A DNA stretch of 64,000 bases from an uncultured Thermotogae bacterium (GTDB taxonomy: Bacteria; Bipolaricaulota; Bipolaricaulia; RBG-16-55-9; DRXL01): assembly GCA_964473325.1 (NCBI GenBank), contig CAYYOG010000001.1:52618-116617 (forward strand), in the 5' to 3' direction. The position numbers were made by a program, and so were the translations under genes. Positions within the stretch are counted from its first letter, which is position 1. Every line of letters begins with the position of its first letter. The notes beneath the pieces are model-generated. The model ran no database searches. It was not told where the DNA came from and saw only the letters and a list, made by a program, of their open reading frames with translations. Of this stretch, positions 30,632 through 40,730 are shown in pieces.

Positions 30632-30700
30632 GGCCCTCACCCCGCCCGTAGGGGTGCATGGCCGTGCGCCCCTACGGGAGAGGGGCTGGGGGAGAGGGCC
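30632..30700. repeat. GC-rich nested-palindrome miniature repeat, intergenic copy between convergent genes
   Basis: GGCCCTCACCCCGCCC-GTAGGGGTGCATGGCCGTGCGCCCCTAC-GGGAGAGGGGCTGGGGGAGAGGGCC. Lies between the 3' ends of 30268-30621 (+) and 30702-31190 (-), so it may act as a bidirectional terminator. Confidence 0.75.
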
Positions 30701-30701
30701 T

Positions 30702-31190
30702 TCACCCTTCCCGCACAAACCGCACTCTACCCTCTTGGCTCTTCTCAGCGTAATAGGCCTCAATCAAGATCGGCAATCCCAGATTACGCAGGGCTTGCAC
30801 GATCTCGCGCAGATCTTCACGCTGGCGCTCCTTGAGCGATCTTCCCACCCCAAACTTCTGCAAGAACTGCGGCACAAAGCGCTCTTCGCTGTACCACGCA
30901 CAGTCTTCGTGCGAGATCGCGATCACCCTCTTGAGTCGGTGGCGCTCGACAAGAAATTTCACCCACTTATGTCCCACCCAGGCGAACTTGGGCAAGTACT
31001 CAGTCAGTAATAAGAACTGCGGCCCACCAGGCACCGCCAAGAGATCATACTGCCCTGACGACAGCCCTAAGCCCTTCTCTACGAACTCTTGGGTGTAGGG
31101 CAAGAAGACATGGCTCGAGCAGCAGATCACCAAGACGGCGCTCTCCTGCTCAGCGAACGGCGTCTGCGTCGTGTAGATGGATTCTGACAT
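30702..31190 (-). CDS. hypothetical protein, third gene of the nfeD-flotillin operon
   Basis: 162-aa ORF starting 27 bp downstream of the flotillin gene on the same strand. Cys/His-containing blocks (VLVICCSSHVF, VIAISHEDCAWY). No family recognised. Confidence 0.45.
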   Translation of the reverse strand: MSESIYTTQTPFAEQESAVLVICCSSHVFLPYTQEFVEKGLGLSSGQYDLLAVPGGPQFLLLTEYLPKFAWVGHKWVKFLVERHRLKRVIAISHEDCAWYSEERFVPQFLQKFGVGRSLKERQREDLREIVQALRNLGLPILIEAYYAEKSQEGRVRFVREG

Positions 31191-31216
31191 CAGCGCTCCT
31201 GCTGTGCCTTCCGGAT

Positions 31217-32785
31217 TCAGACTTTCTTTTCGCCCTTCTTCTCCTCTTCAGACTTGATGCCCAGCTTGCCCAACAGCCCACTAATATCTAATCCGAGGGC
31301 CTGGGCCGCTTGCATCACGTTGAACATCATTGTCGGGACAGTGTTCGCAAGACGATTGAGGGTATTGGCCCCATCAGGAGAGCCACTGTCGAGCATCACG
31401 AGCTTATCGATATTGCCCAATGGGGCAGCCACCGCTCCGGCCACCGGTGCAAAGGCTTTGATGACATCAGGCAGCCGCTCTAAGATGAGCATCGTCTTGG
31501 CAGATTCGTCGAGCTTGGCAAATGCCTCGGCCTTCTTGAGCGCGCCTTCGGCTTCAGCGAGCAACTTGGCCTTGACGCCATCAGCTTCGGCGAGGAGTTT
31601 CGCTTTCGTCCCCTCGGCCTCGGCCAAGAGCTTGGCTTTGGTGCCCTCGGCTTCCGCTAAGAGCTTGGCGCGCATCGCGTCGGCCTCGCCGATGCCCTCC
31701 ATCGCTAATCGCTGTTTCTCGGCGTCAGCGATGACGATAATCGCCGTCTTGCGGCCTTCGGCTTCTAAAATCTCTTTCTGCTTGGTGGCTTCGGCTTGGA
31801 GAATAATTTGCTGCCTCTGAGCTTCGGCAGGCTTAATGACTTCAGCGAGCAGTTGACGCTCTCGACGAATAGCTTCGGCCTCGGCAACTTCTGTCTGCTT
31901 CTTTGTACGCACGAGATCGACTTGGACCTCCTGCTCAACGACCTGCTGGCGCGCCACGGCTTCAGCGAGGGGGCCAGCTTGGCGTGCACGCGCTTGCTGC
32001 GCTTGGACTTCAGCCTCATACTGAGCTTTCTTGACGTCACGCTCCTTCTCAGCTTGGGCGATGAGCGCCAGATTCTCGTTCTCGCGCTCTTTTGCTTCGC
32101 GCAGGGCTGTGCTCGACTTAATAATCGCTTCGCGCTCGGCTTCGGCCTCGCCGATGCGGGCATCGCGCTTCACTTCAGCTGTGCGCTTCTTGCCCAACGC
32201 TTCGATATAGCCTTCGGAGTCCCAGATCTTTTGAATCGTTAAGACGTCGACCCCAAGGCCGATCTTGGCTAAGTCCGCTGCAGCTTCCATCAAGACTTCT
32301 TGATTGAACTTGGCCCGATCCCGCACGATCTCCTCTACTGTCAGCCGCCCGATGATCGAGCGCAGATGGCCCTCTAGGTTCTTATACGCGATCTGCTTGA
32401 CCTCCTCCAAGCTGCGTCCCAAGAAACGCTCCGCGGCCGCAATGAGAGACTGCTCGTCGTTGCGAATCTTGACGTTGGCTACCGCCTGGGCGCTCACTAA
32501 GACCCCGTCTTTGTTAGGCATGTCCCGCACTTCAAGATCAATGGGGAAGATCGTCAAATCCAAGTACGTGACGTTCTCGACGACAGGCCATTTGAGGGCA
32601 GCACCACCGGTCACCAGCCGAAACCCGATGACCTTCCCGTCGGGCGTGCGGTGCTTGCGCCCGTAAAACACAGCGACTTTGTTCGGCGGCACTTTAATAT
32701 AATTGCGCACCGCGGTCATCACGACCACGAGCACGATCAACGCGATCAGCACCAACAAGAACGGCAGCGTCGTGAACCCGAACAT
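31217..32785 (-). CDS. flotillin / SPFH (band 7) domain protein
   Basis: N-terminal TM helix, SPFH domain, long EA-rich coiled coil, and four tandem KLLAEAEGTKA repeats near the C-terminus. Confidence 0.8.
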   Translation of the reverse strand: MFGFTTLPFLLVLIALIVLVVVMTAVRNYIKVPPNKVAVFYGRKHRTPDGKVIGFRLVTGGAALKWPVVENVTYLDLTIFPIDLEVRDMPNKDGVLVSAQAVANVKIRNDEQSLIAAAERFLGRSLEEVKQIAYKNLEGHLRSIIGRLTVEEIVRDRAKFNQEVLMEAAADLAKIGLGVDVLTIQKIWDSEGYIEALGKKRTAEVKRDARIGEAEAEREAIIKSSTALREAKERENENLALIAQAEKERDVKKAQYEAEVQAQQARARQAGPLAEAVARQQVVEQEVQVDLVRTKKQTEVAEAEAIRRERQLLAEVIKPAEAQRQQIILQAEATKQKEILEAEGRKTAIIVIADAEKQRLAMEGIGEADAMRAKLLAEAEGTKAKLLAEAEGTKAKLLAEADGVKAKLLAEAEGALKKAEAFAKLDESAKTMLILERLPDVIKAFAPVAGAVAAPLGNIDKLVMLDSGSPDGANTLNRLANTVPTMMFNVMQAAQALGLDISGLLGKLGIKSEEEKKGEKKV

Positions 32786-32804
32786 AGTTCGTTCCCTCCT
32801 TCGG

Positions 32805-33311
32805 TTACACAGTCTCTACGAGCACGACATCCCCTTGAACTTCAGTGATGCGCACGATGGTCCCTTCTGGGATTGCTTGATGGGTTTTGGAGCGCGCCAG
32901 CCGCCGGGTCACTTGAGCCTTAACAGTGCAGCTGACTTCTCCTAAGCCCTCAGCGGGGATAGCGACCGTGACCCGCCCCGTCAGCCCCACTAAATCTTTA
33001 CTTTCAATGAGCGAGCTGGCTTCTTGCGAGCGCACCAGATTCATAGCTAATACATAGATGCCGCTCATCGCTGCCCCGGCGAGCACACCCCACAGCGAGC
33101 TGAGCATCGCCGAAAGATTATAATATCGTGCGATAGCCCCCACAGTTCCAAATGCTGTCAGAAAGACAGCAATCGAGCGCAAACTCAAGAAATGTGGCCC
33201 ACCTCCCTCAACTTCGGGAGCGGCTTCGATATCATCTCCAAAGACCCCAAAGAACGCCGAGATGAGCAAGAGCACCAGCCCGATCACTGCCAAGATGATG
33301 AAGACTACCAT
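32805..33311 (-). CDS. NfeD-family membrane protein (flotillin partner)
   Basis: Start refined to MVVFIILAVIGLVLLL. TM helices plus a C-terminal OB-fold-like soluble domain (VTRRLARSKTHQAIPEGTIVRITEVQGDVVLVE). Immediately upstream of flotillin. Confidence 0.55.
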   Translation of the reverse strand: MVVFIILAVIGLVLLLISAFFGVFGDDIEAAPEVEGGGPHFLSLRSIAVFLTAFGTVGAIARYYNLSAMLSSLWGVLAGAAMSGIYVLAMNLVRSQEASSLIESKDLVGLTGRVTVAIPAEGLGEVSCTVKAQVTRRLARSKTHQAIPEGTIVRITEVQGDVVLVETV

Positions 33312-33640
33312 CTGCACCCACTCCCTGCTTATTGTACATGCTTTGCCAAGGCTTCCAACACAGGGATAGTACCAGATTGAGAGAGGAGCGGGCAAGTCTT
33401 CGCTAAAAAGAAAGGCACGGGGTGATGGGAGGAGCACCACCCCGTTCAGCGTAGTGGGAGGAGGGGGGCGACCCCTTCAGAGCCGCTGGGGAAAAATCCC
33501 CGCTCCCGGAGGCAAGGAACGGGGCAAAACCCTGGCGGCCGATGCGAACCGCATGCCGGGGTCGCCTCGTCCAAATGAGGAGGTTATCTAGCCCACCAGC
33601 TAACTCTATTATACTATACCCGTGAGCCCTTTGGAAAGTT

Positions 33641-35098
33641 TCAGCTCTCCTCCCCAAACCTGTAATTTGGGGCTTCTTTAGTGATCTGGACGTCGTGGGG
33701 ATGGCTCTCGACAAGCGCCGCGCGGGTGATCTGCACAAATTCAGCTGTTCTCTGCAGAGTCGGGATATCTGGGGCACCGCAGTAGCCCATAGCGACCTTG
33801 ACGCCTCCAACTAATTGATAGAGCACATCAGCGACCTTGCCGCGATAGCGCACCCGACCCTCGACCCCTTCAGCAATAGGTTCCTTCGATTCATCCCAGA
33901 AATACCGACGATCCCCCCGTGGGGCAGCCTTGAGCGCCCCCAGCGATCCCATCCCTCTATACGTCTTGTACGTCTCGCCCTTCAAAGTGAAGATCTCTCC
34001 GGGGGCTTCTTCAGTACCGGCCAAGAGCCCGCCGATCATCACCGCGTTCGCGCCCGCAGCGAGCGCCTTGGCGATGTCCCCAGAATAGCGAATCCCCCCG
34101 TCAGAAATGATGGGGACTTTCGCGGCGTGAGCCACTTTGGCGCACTCTAACACAGCCGACAACTGGGGAACGCCGACCCCGCTGACGACCCGCGTGGTGC
34201 AGATCGAGCCGCCGCCAATCCCAACTTTGACGGCATCGGCACCAGCGTCTACCAGCGCTTTCGTCCCCTCAGCTGTGGCGACATTGCCAGCAATTACCTC
34301 AATGTCAAAGCGCTTCTTGAGCGCCCGCACCTTCTCGATGACCTTGGCGCTGTGCCCGTGGGCCGTATCAATGACGAAGAGATCGACCCCGGCTTCTATG
34401 AGCAATCCCTCACGCTCCATATCGAGCGAGACCCCTACGGCCGCGCCACATAACAATCGTCCGTGGGCGTCCTTGCACGCGTTGGGGAACTGCTCCGCCT
34501 TCTTGATGTCCTTCATCGTGATGAGCCCACACAGCCGGAACTGCTCGTCCACGAGCGGGAGCTTCTCGATGCGGTGCTCTTGTAATATCTGTTTAGCATG
34601 TTCGAGGGTGACCCCCACCGGCGCTGTGACTAGTCTCTCTCTAGGGGTCATGCGGTGGGCAATGGGCTCATCCAAGTCCTCGTGCATCTGCAGATCTCTC
34701 ACGGTGATGATCCCTTCTAAGACTTTGGTCTTGGGATCAACGATGGGCACCCCGGAGATATTATGCTCGGCCATCAGTCTGAGAGCTCGGCTGACGGGCT
34801 CGCCCTTGGTGAGCGTCCAGGGGTCTTTGATAATGCCCGCTTCGTAGCGTTTGACTTTGCGGACCTCTTCGGCTTGCTGCTGCGGGGTAAGATTGCGATG
34901 GATGACCCCTAAGCCGCCTTCCTTGGCCATAGCGATGGCCATAGCTGATTCCGTGACGGTGTCCATGGCTGCACTGATAATAGGGATCTTGAGCGTGATA
35001 CTTCGGGTGAGCTTGGTCGAGACGTCGACTTCGTGGGGCAGGATCTCCGAGTACTTGGGCACAAGTAAGACATCGTCGAAGGTGAGCGCGAGCTTCAC
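33641..35098 (-). CDS. guaB: IMP dehydrogenase
   Basis: Catalytic loop [14 protein letters not shown], tandem CBS domains and C-terminal GVEGRV..YRG. 485 aa. Confidence 0.9.
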   Translation of the reverse strand: MKLALTFDDVLLVPKYSEILPHEVDVSTKLTRSITLKIPIISAAMDTVTESAMAIAMAKEGGLGVIHRNLTPQQQAEEVRKVKRYEAGIIKDPWTLTKGEPVSRALRLMAEHNISGVPIVDPKTKVLEGIITVRDLQMHEDLDEPIAHRMTPRERLVTAPVGVTLEHAKQILQEHRIEKLPLVDEQFRLCGLITMKDIKKAEQFPNACKDAHGRLLCGAAVGVSLDMEREGLLIEAGVDLFVIDTAHGHSAKVIEKVRALKKRFDIEVIAGNVATAEGTKALVDAGADAVKVGIGGGSICTTRVVSGVGVPQLSAVLECAKVAHAAKVPIISDGGIRYSGDIAKALAAGANAVMIGGLLAGTEEAPGEIFTLKGETYKTYRGMGSLGALKAAPRGDRRYFWDESKEPIAEGVEGRVRYRGKVADVLYQLVGGVKVAMGYCGAPDIPTLQRTAEFVQITRAALVESHPHDVQITKEAPNYRFGEES

Positions 35099-35203
35099 AG
35101 CGATCCCTCCTCTGCTCGCTTTGAGTTATTGTAGTAAAATAAAGCCCTCGGTGCAACGAGTGGGCACCCTTGTCGGTCGCCCTAAAGGAACCAAGGAGGG
35201 CTT

Positions 35204-36892
35204 ATGACACGGCTCACTTACGATGCCGCGCGATATTATCGCTACAACGAGATGGTGCAGTTTCTGCATCGGGCTGCGGAGACGTATCCACACCTCATGC
35301 GTCTGGAGTCCATCGGCAAGAGCTACGAGGGACGCGATCTATGGCTAGCCGTCGTGACGAACTTCCAGACCGGGCCAGATCGCGAAAAGCCCGCGTATTG
35401 GATCGACGCAAATATTCACGCGGTGGAGCTGTGCGGCAGCGCCGTGGCGCTCTACACGATCTGGTATCTGTTAGAAAATTACGGAAAAGAGCGTTTCGTC
35501 ACGCACCTGCTGGACACACGAGCGTTCTATATTCTGCCCCGAATGAGCCCCGACGGGGCCGAATATGTGCTGGAGACTCATAAATGGGTGCGCTCCAGCG
35601 TGCGGCTCTACCCCTTCAGCGAGATCAAAGACGGGCTGCACCCTGAAGACATCAACGGGGACGGGGAGATCCTTCAGATGCGTGTGGAAGACCCCTTGGG
35701 CGAATGGAAGGTCTCTGCAAAAGACCCCCGATTGATGCTCAAGCGCCAGCCCGACGATATAGACGGCCCGTTCTATCGGCTCTACACCGAGGGCATCTTT
35801 CTGAATTACGACGGCTTTCGCAAAGAAGTAGCACCGACGCCCTATGGTCTCGATCTGAACAGAAACTTCCCGCACGAGTGGCAGGTCGAGTCAGGACAAC
35901 AGGGCGCAGGGGAGTACCCGACTTCCGAACCCGAGGTGCGCGCCGTCGTCGAGTTCTTCTATAAGCATAAGAATATCTGTGGGGCGTTGACCTATCACAC
36001 GGCAAGTGGGGTGATTCTAAGGCCCTACAGCGGCAAGCCCGACACGGCCTTCCCCAATTTCGATCTGGCTGTCTACAAAGCGATCGGCGAGCGCGGCACC
36101 GACGCCACAGGCTATCGCTGCGTCTCGGTCAACGACGAGTTTCGCTATGACAAAAACAAACCTATCACCGGGGTCTTCGACGACTGGGCCTATGACAATT
36201 ACGGGGTCTTCGCGTACACGACCGAGCTGTGGAGCATTGCTTCCCACGCGGGGATCGAAGTCAAAGATTTTATTCAGTTCTTCCGCGAGCGCAGCGAAGA
36301 GGACGAACTCAAACTCTTACATTGGCAAGACCGCGAACTAAACGGCGAGGGCTTTCAGCCTTGGACGCCCTTTGAGCATCCTCAGTTGGGAAGGGTCGAG
36401 ATCGGCGGCTGGCGGCTGCTCTACACGTGGGTCAACCCGCCGCCGAAGTTTCTGCAAGAAGAGTGTCACAAGAACATGCTCTTCAGTTTGAGACACGCCG
36501 CGGCCTCGCCACGTTTACGGATCCGCGAGTTCACCGCGCAGCCTGTCAGCGCTGATCTCCATAGAATCTCTCTCGTGCTGGAGAACGACGGCTGGCTGCC
36601 CACTTATGTGTCGCAGCGCGCGCTAGAGAAGAAGCTCACGCAGCCGATTCAAGTCGAGCTCGAAGTCTCCCAAGGAGCGACAGTCGAGCTAGGCAGACCC
36701 AAAGAAGAGATCGAGCACTTGGCGGGGGTGGCGACGACGCTCTGCCAGCCGTGGACGTCGTATCACTCATTTCGGGGCAGCAGTAAAGACACAGAAAAGA
36801 AGATCGAGTGGCTGGTGCGTGGACACGGGAGGGTGAGCGTTGTAGTGAAGAGCGAGCGGGCAGGGGTCTGTCGTGCGGCGTTGGAGTTATGA
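35204..36892 (+). CDS. M14-family zinc carboxypeptidase
   Basis: Zn-binding HxxE ([11 protein letters not shown]), and downstream conserved Arg and Glu (LTYHTASG ... TTELW). Confidence 0.65.
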   Translation: MTRLTYDAARYYRYNEMVQFLHRAAETYPHLMRLESIGKSYEGRDLWLAVVTNFQTGPDREKPAYWIDANIHAVELCGSAVALYTIWYLLENYGKERFVTHLLDTRAFYILPRMSPDGAEYVLETHKWVRSSVRLYPFSEIKDGLHPEDINGDGEILQMRVEDPLGEWKVSAKDPRLMLKRQPDDIDGPFYRLYTEGIFLNYDGFRKEVAPTPYGLDLNRNFPHEWQVESGQQGAGEYPTSEPEVRAVVEFFYKHKNICGALTYHTASGVILRPYSGKPDTAFPNFDLAVYKAIGERGTDATGYRCVSVNDEFRYDKNKPITGVFDDWAYDNYGVFAYTTELWSIASHAGIEVKDFIQFFRERSEEDELKLLHWQDRELNGEGFQPWTPFEHPQLGRVEIGGWRLLYTWVNPPPKFLQEECHKNMLFSLRHAAASPRLRIREFTAQPVSADLHRISLVLENDGWLPTYVSQRALEKKLTQPIQVELEVSQGATVELGRPKEEIEHLAGVATTLCQPWTSYHSFRGSSKDTEKKIEWLVRGHGRVSVVVKSERAGVCRAALEL

Positions 36893-37365
36893 TCTTCACT
36901 CTTGAGTCGATGCTCGTCGTGCTCGTCGTCGCTGCGCTGCCTATCAGTGAGCTGCGCGGGGCGATCCCTATCGCCATTGGGGTCTACGGCTTCGATCCGG
37001 TGACGGCGTATCTGTTGGGAGTCTTGGGGAATCTGGTGCCGGTGCCGATCTTATTAAAGCTTTTAGAGCCGGTGACGGCGCTGCTCCGTCGGTCTCCAGT
37101 GCTCGATCGCTCTGTGAGCTGGCTCTTTGCGCGCACGAGAAAGCGCTATAGCGCCATAGTCGAGCGTCTAGGGGTGATAGCGTTAGTGCTCTTTGTCGCG
37201 GTGCCCTTCCCAGCAACGGGGGCATGGACTGGGGCGCTGATCGCGCACGTCTTTGGGATCCCCTTCAGATATGCGCTCCCATTGATCGCTCTGGGGGTCT
37301 GCATCGCCGGGGTGCTCGTGACGCTCACGACGCTAGGGGTTATGACGCTTTTCTTTTCGTGTTAG
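36889..37365 (+). CDS. small multi-pass membrane protein
   Basis: Start refined to MIFTLESM (ATGA overlap with the carboxypeptidase stop). Four or five hydrophobic helices. The longer tracked ORF start lies inside the upstream gene. Confidence 0.5.
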   Translation: MIFTLESMLVVLVVAALPISELRGAIPIAIGVYGFDPVTAYLLGVLGNLVPVPILLKLLEPVTALLRRSPVLDRSVSWLFARTRKRYSAIVERLGVIALVLFVAVPFPATGAWTGALIAHVFGIPFRYALPLIALGVCIAGVLVTLTTLGVMTLFFSC

Positions 37366-37919
37366 CCCACGATCTCTTCAACAGAGAGTTCGAGGGGAAC
37401 ACGCTGCGCTCCGAGAGCCTGGCCGCGTCCAAGTGTTTGAGCTTCGCTGTAGCCGTTAGGCGAAGGAACACGATAGACTTCGATTTGGCCTTGAGCCAAG
37501 TCTACCAACCAGACTTCGGGAATACCAGACTGGGCGTAGAGGGGGAGCTTCACGCGCCGATCAAACTCTCCTGATGTCTCGCAGACCTCGATCAGCAGTA
37601 AAACATCTTCGGGCTTGGGGTGCTCTGCACTATAGAAGTCTGCGCGAAACTGCAGCACGGCAATGTCTGGTTGAGGCTCAGAGTAGTCGCTGAGGCGAAT
37701 TGGGTCCTGCACGCTGATGACACAAAGCCCACTGAGCTTCCTCACAAGGAGGTCATTCAAGCGCTTGACACAGCTCGCATGACGACTGCTGATGGGACTC
37801 ATCTCGAAGATCTCCCCCTGTAACAGCTCAACACGATCATCTTCGGAGAAGATGCCCGCCTGGACCATCTGATAGTACTCCGTTACGGTGAAGAGCCGCT
37901 TGGTCACTGAAATAACCAT
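37362..37919 (-). CDS. Uma2-family endonuclease (DUF820, restriction-endonuclease fold)
   Basis: MVISVTKRLFTVTEYYQMVQAGIF ... ELLQGEI ... PDIAV ... LLIEVCETSG is characteristic of the Uma2 family. Confidence 0.7.
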   Translation of the reverse strand: MVISVTKRLFTVTEYYQMVQAGIFSEDDRVELLQGEIFEMSPISSRHASCVKRLNDLLVRKLSGLCVISVQDPIRLSDYSEPQPDIAVLQFRADFYSAEHPKPEDVLLLIEVCETSGEFDRRVKLPLYAQSGIPEVWLVDLAQGQIEVYRVPSPNGYSEAQTLGRGQALGAQRVPLELSVEEIVG

Positions 37920-37959
37920 AATCCCCCTAGCGGGAGTCTAACAGACTCTCGCATCCGCG

Positions 37960-40401
37960 TCAAACTGTCACCGCCGCCGCGCCGACGCCGACTTCGATCA
38001 GGAACTTTCCGTCACGGGTGTCCACACGCACCGTGTCCCCTTCTTTCAGCTTGTTCTCGACGATCTGCATCGCGAGTTCGTTCTCGATCTCTTCTTGGAT
38101 AACTCTTTGCAAGGGGCGTGCTCCGTACAACGGGTCATAGCCCTTCTCGGCCAAGAGCGCCTTAGCGCTCTCTGTCACTTCAAGAGCGATCTCGCGCTCG
38201 GCGAGCTTCTGGCGCAACGCCTCCAACTTCAGCGCGACTATGTCTAAGAGATTCTCTTTTGACAGCGGCCGGAAGACGATGATTCCGTCGAGTCTATTCA
38301 AGAATTCAGGCCGGAAGAACTTCTTCACTTCGCCCAGGACGCGCTCTCGGATCTCTTGGTAGGAGCGCTCGTGAGCGTCGCTCTTCTCGCTGACGAAGCC
38401 CAACTGCGTCGTCTTGGAGACGATCTGCTCGCTGCCTAGGTTGCTCGTCATCAGAATAATCGTGTTCTTAAAATCTACAGTGCGTCCGTGGCCATCGGTG
38501 AGTCGCCCGTCGTCCAAGACTTGTAAGAGAATATTGAAGACGTCGCGATGGGCCTTTTCGATCTCGTCGAAGAGGATGACTCTGTAGGGCTTTCTGCGCA
38601 CGGCTTCGGTGAGCTGTCCGCCCTCTTCGTAGCCGACGTAGCCCGGAGGAGAGCCGATGAGTTTCGCGACCGAATGGGGCTCCATGAACTCGGACATATC
38701 GAATCTCAAGAGCGCGTTCTCATCGCCGAAGAGCGCTTCAGCGAGCGCTTTGGAGAGCTCGGTCTTGCCGACTCCCGTCGGGCCTAAGAACAAGAAGCTC
38801 CCGGCGGGGCGCTTGGGGTCTTTCAGGCCGGCACGGGCGCGCCGAACTGCTTGGGCAACAGCTTTGACAGCGTCATTTTGATCAATCACTCTCTGGTGCA
38901 GACGCTCTTCGAGTTTCGCTAATCTCTCGCGCTCTTCCTCGAACATCTGTTCGACGGGCACGCCCGTCCACAGAGCTACGGTCTCGGCGATCTCGCGCTC
39001 AGTCACGATGGGCTCTCGTTGAACTCTTTGCGCGTGCTCGGCCTCACACTTGATCTTTTCGGCTTGAAGTTTCTCCAACTCTTTCTCAATCTGTTTAGCC
39101 GCCTTAGGGTCAGCGTTCTTCAAGCGCCCTTCTAAGAGCTTTATTTTCTCTGTGATCTCTTGGACCTCAGGCGCGAACGTCCGGTCGACTCTGAGCTTGG
39201 ACGCTGCCTCGTCTAATAAGTCTATGGCTTTATCGGGCAAGAATCTGTCAGAGATATAGCGCGCCGAGAGCTGGGCCGCCGCGCGCAGAGCACTATCTGT
39301 AATTTTGACGCTGTGATGGGCCTCGAGCTTGGGACGCAGCCCCTCTAGGATTGCAATCGTCTCGTCGACTGAGGGCTCCTCGATCAAGACTTTCTGAAAG
39401 CGTCGTTCGAGCGCCGGGTCTTGCTCGATGTGCTCTCGGTACTCATCTAGAGTTGTCGCGCCGATCACTTGGAACGTCCCGCGAGCCAGGACGGGCTTTA
39501 AAATATTAGAAGCGTCGATGGCACCCTCGGCGGCCCCCGCGCCGACAACCGTATGCAGCTCGTCTATGAAGACGATAATCTTGCCCTTGGCGCTCTCGAT
39601 CTCATTAATAACAGCTTTGAGGCGCTCCTCGAACTCCCCTCTAAATTTGGTGCCTGCCACGAGCGCGGCCAAGTCTAACTGTATCAATTCTTTATTCTTG
39701 AGGGTATCGGGGACGGCGCCGGCGACAATTCGTTGAGCTAAGCCCTCAGCGATGGCCGTCTTGCCCACGCCGGGTTCCCCGATGAAAACGGGGTTGTTCT
39801 TCTTGCGACGCGAGAGAATCTGCACGGCACGGCGAATCTCTCTCGAGCGCCCGATGACCGGATCGAGTCTTCCCTCGCGGGCCAACGCCGTCAGATTTAT
39901 AGAGAATCGCTCTAATGCTTTGTAGCGGCTCTCGGCTTCCCTATCCGTCACGCGCTGCGCGCCGCGCACCCGCGACAAAGCGTGGTAAACCCGCTCCGGG
40001 GTTATATCATATTTATATAAGACCCTTCTGAGGGCCGTATTGGGGTCTTGACTGATTGCTATTAAGAGATGCTCGATCCCAATGAACTCGTCCTTGAGAC
40101 GGTCAGCTTCGACCTGGGCGGACTTCACTAACATCTCCAATCGAGGGGTTATGTAGATCTGCTGGCCGACGGTCATGGAGACGGTCGGCTTCTCCGTTAA
40201 GAGAATCTCCAAATCTTTGAGCAAGCCGGGGATGGGCACGCCCATCTCTTTGAGAAGTTCTTGGCCAACGCCCTCCTTCGCAGCTAGCGTATAGAAGATA
40301 TGCTCGACATCGAGCTGGTTGTGCTTATATTTCTCTAATAGATCTGTCGAATCCCGAAAGACCTCTTGCGCTTTCTCAGTGAAGCGATCAAATCTGATCA
40401 T
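37960..40401 (-). CDS. clpC: Clp/Hsp100 AAA+ chaperone, ClpC-type (ATP-binding subunit)
   Basis: Clp_N repeats, two Walker A motifs ([18 protein letters not shown] and [15 protein letters not shown]) about 335 aa apart, and a short middle domain. 813 aa fits ClpC rather than ClpB. Confidence 0.65.
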   Translation of the reverse strand: MIRFDRFTEKAQEVFRDSTDLLEKYKHNQLDVEHIFYTLAAKEGVGQELLKEMGVPIPGLLKDLEILLTEKPTVSMTVGQQIYITPRLEMLVKSAQVEADRLKDEFIGIEHLLIAISQDPNTALRRVLYKYDITPERVYHALSRVRGAQRVTDREAESRYKALERFSINLTALAREGRLDPVIGRSREIRRAVQILSRRKKNNPVFIGEPGVGKTAIAEGLAQRIVAGAVPDTLKNKELIQLDLAALVAGTKFRGEFEERLKAVINEIESAKGKIIVFIDELHTVVGAGAAEGAIDASNILKPVLARGTFQVIGATTLDEYREHIEQDPALERRFQKVLIEEPSVDETIAILEGLRPKLEAHHSVKITDSALRAAAQLSARYISDRFLPDKAIDLLDEAASKLRVDRTFAPEVQEITEKIKLLEGRLKNADPKAAKQIEKELEKLQAEKIKCEAEHAQRVQREPIVTEREIAETVALWTGVPVEQMFEEERERLAKLEERLHQRVIDQNDAVKAVAQAVRRARAGLKDPKRPAGSFLFLGPTGVGKTELSKALAEALFGDENALLRFDMSEFMEPHSVAKLIGSPPGYVGYEEGGQLTEAVRRKPYRVILFDEIEKAHRDVFNILLQVLDDGRLTDGHGRTVDFKNTIILMTSNLGSEQIVSKTTQLGFVSEKSDAHERSYQEIRERVLGEVKKFFRPEFLNRLDGIIVFRPLSKENLLDIVALKLEALRQKLAEREIALEVTESAKALLAEKGYDPLYGARPLQRVIQEEIENELAMQIVENKLKEGDTVRVDTRDGKFLIEVGVGAAAVTV

Positions 40402-40423
40402 TGTAAACTCACTCCTCCAATAA

Positions 40424-40450
40424 TTAGCAGACTCATCTCTGCTCTGCTAA
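40424..40450 (-). promoter_or_regulatory. CIRCE-like 9-N9-9 inverted repeat in the clpC leader
   Basis: TTAGCAGAC-TCATCTCTG-CTCTGCTAA. Compare the CIRCE consensus TTAGCACTC-N9-GAGTGCTAA. Lies between the promoter and the RBS. Confidence 0.4.
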
Positions 40451-40479
40451 ATTATACGGGACAGGCTTCCCGCTGTCAA
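40451..40479 (-). promoter_or_regulatory. consensus sigmaA promoter for clpC (TTGACA-N17-TATAAT on the minus strand)
   Basis: Forward TGTCAA at 40474-40479 and ATTATA at 40451-40456. The -10 directly abuts the CIRCE-like repeat. Confidence 0.5.
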
Positions 40480-40636
40480 GGGCTGAATCACGGAAGGCCC
40501 GGGATCGCACGGGAAGCACGGAACAGAGCCGTTTCCCGTGTAATCCGTGGCCCTGCGGCACCCTCCGCGATCCAGACCTGTACACCAGGGTTGGATCGGA
40601 GCGACGCTCGTCACTCTTTTGACTGGACACGCGGAC

Positions 40637-40666
40637 TTGACAGCCTAAAATTGTGTAATCTATAAT
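40637..40666 (+). promoter_or_regulatory. perfect-consensus promoter TTGACA-N18-TATAAT for the SLH/Ompα-like gene
   Basis: TTGACA at 40637-40642 and TATAAT at 40661-40666. A GAGGAGG RBS follows. Confidence 0.55.
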
Positions 40667-40730
40667 ACGCTTCCGAGGCAGGCTGAAAAAAACCCGAGGA
40701 GGTTGAACCAAACGAACTCGGGAGGTAGAG

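Noticed and set aside
31500-31680. Tandem DNA repeats within the flotillin gene as a possible repeat array or mobile element
   Set aside because: They are in-frame coding repeats (KLLAEAEGTKA x4) typical of flotillin coiled-coil tails.
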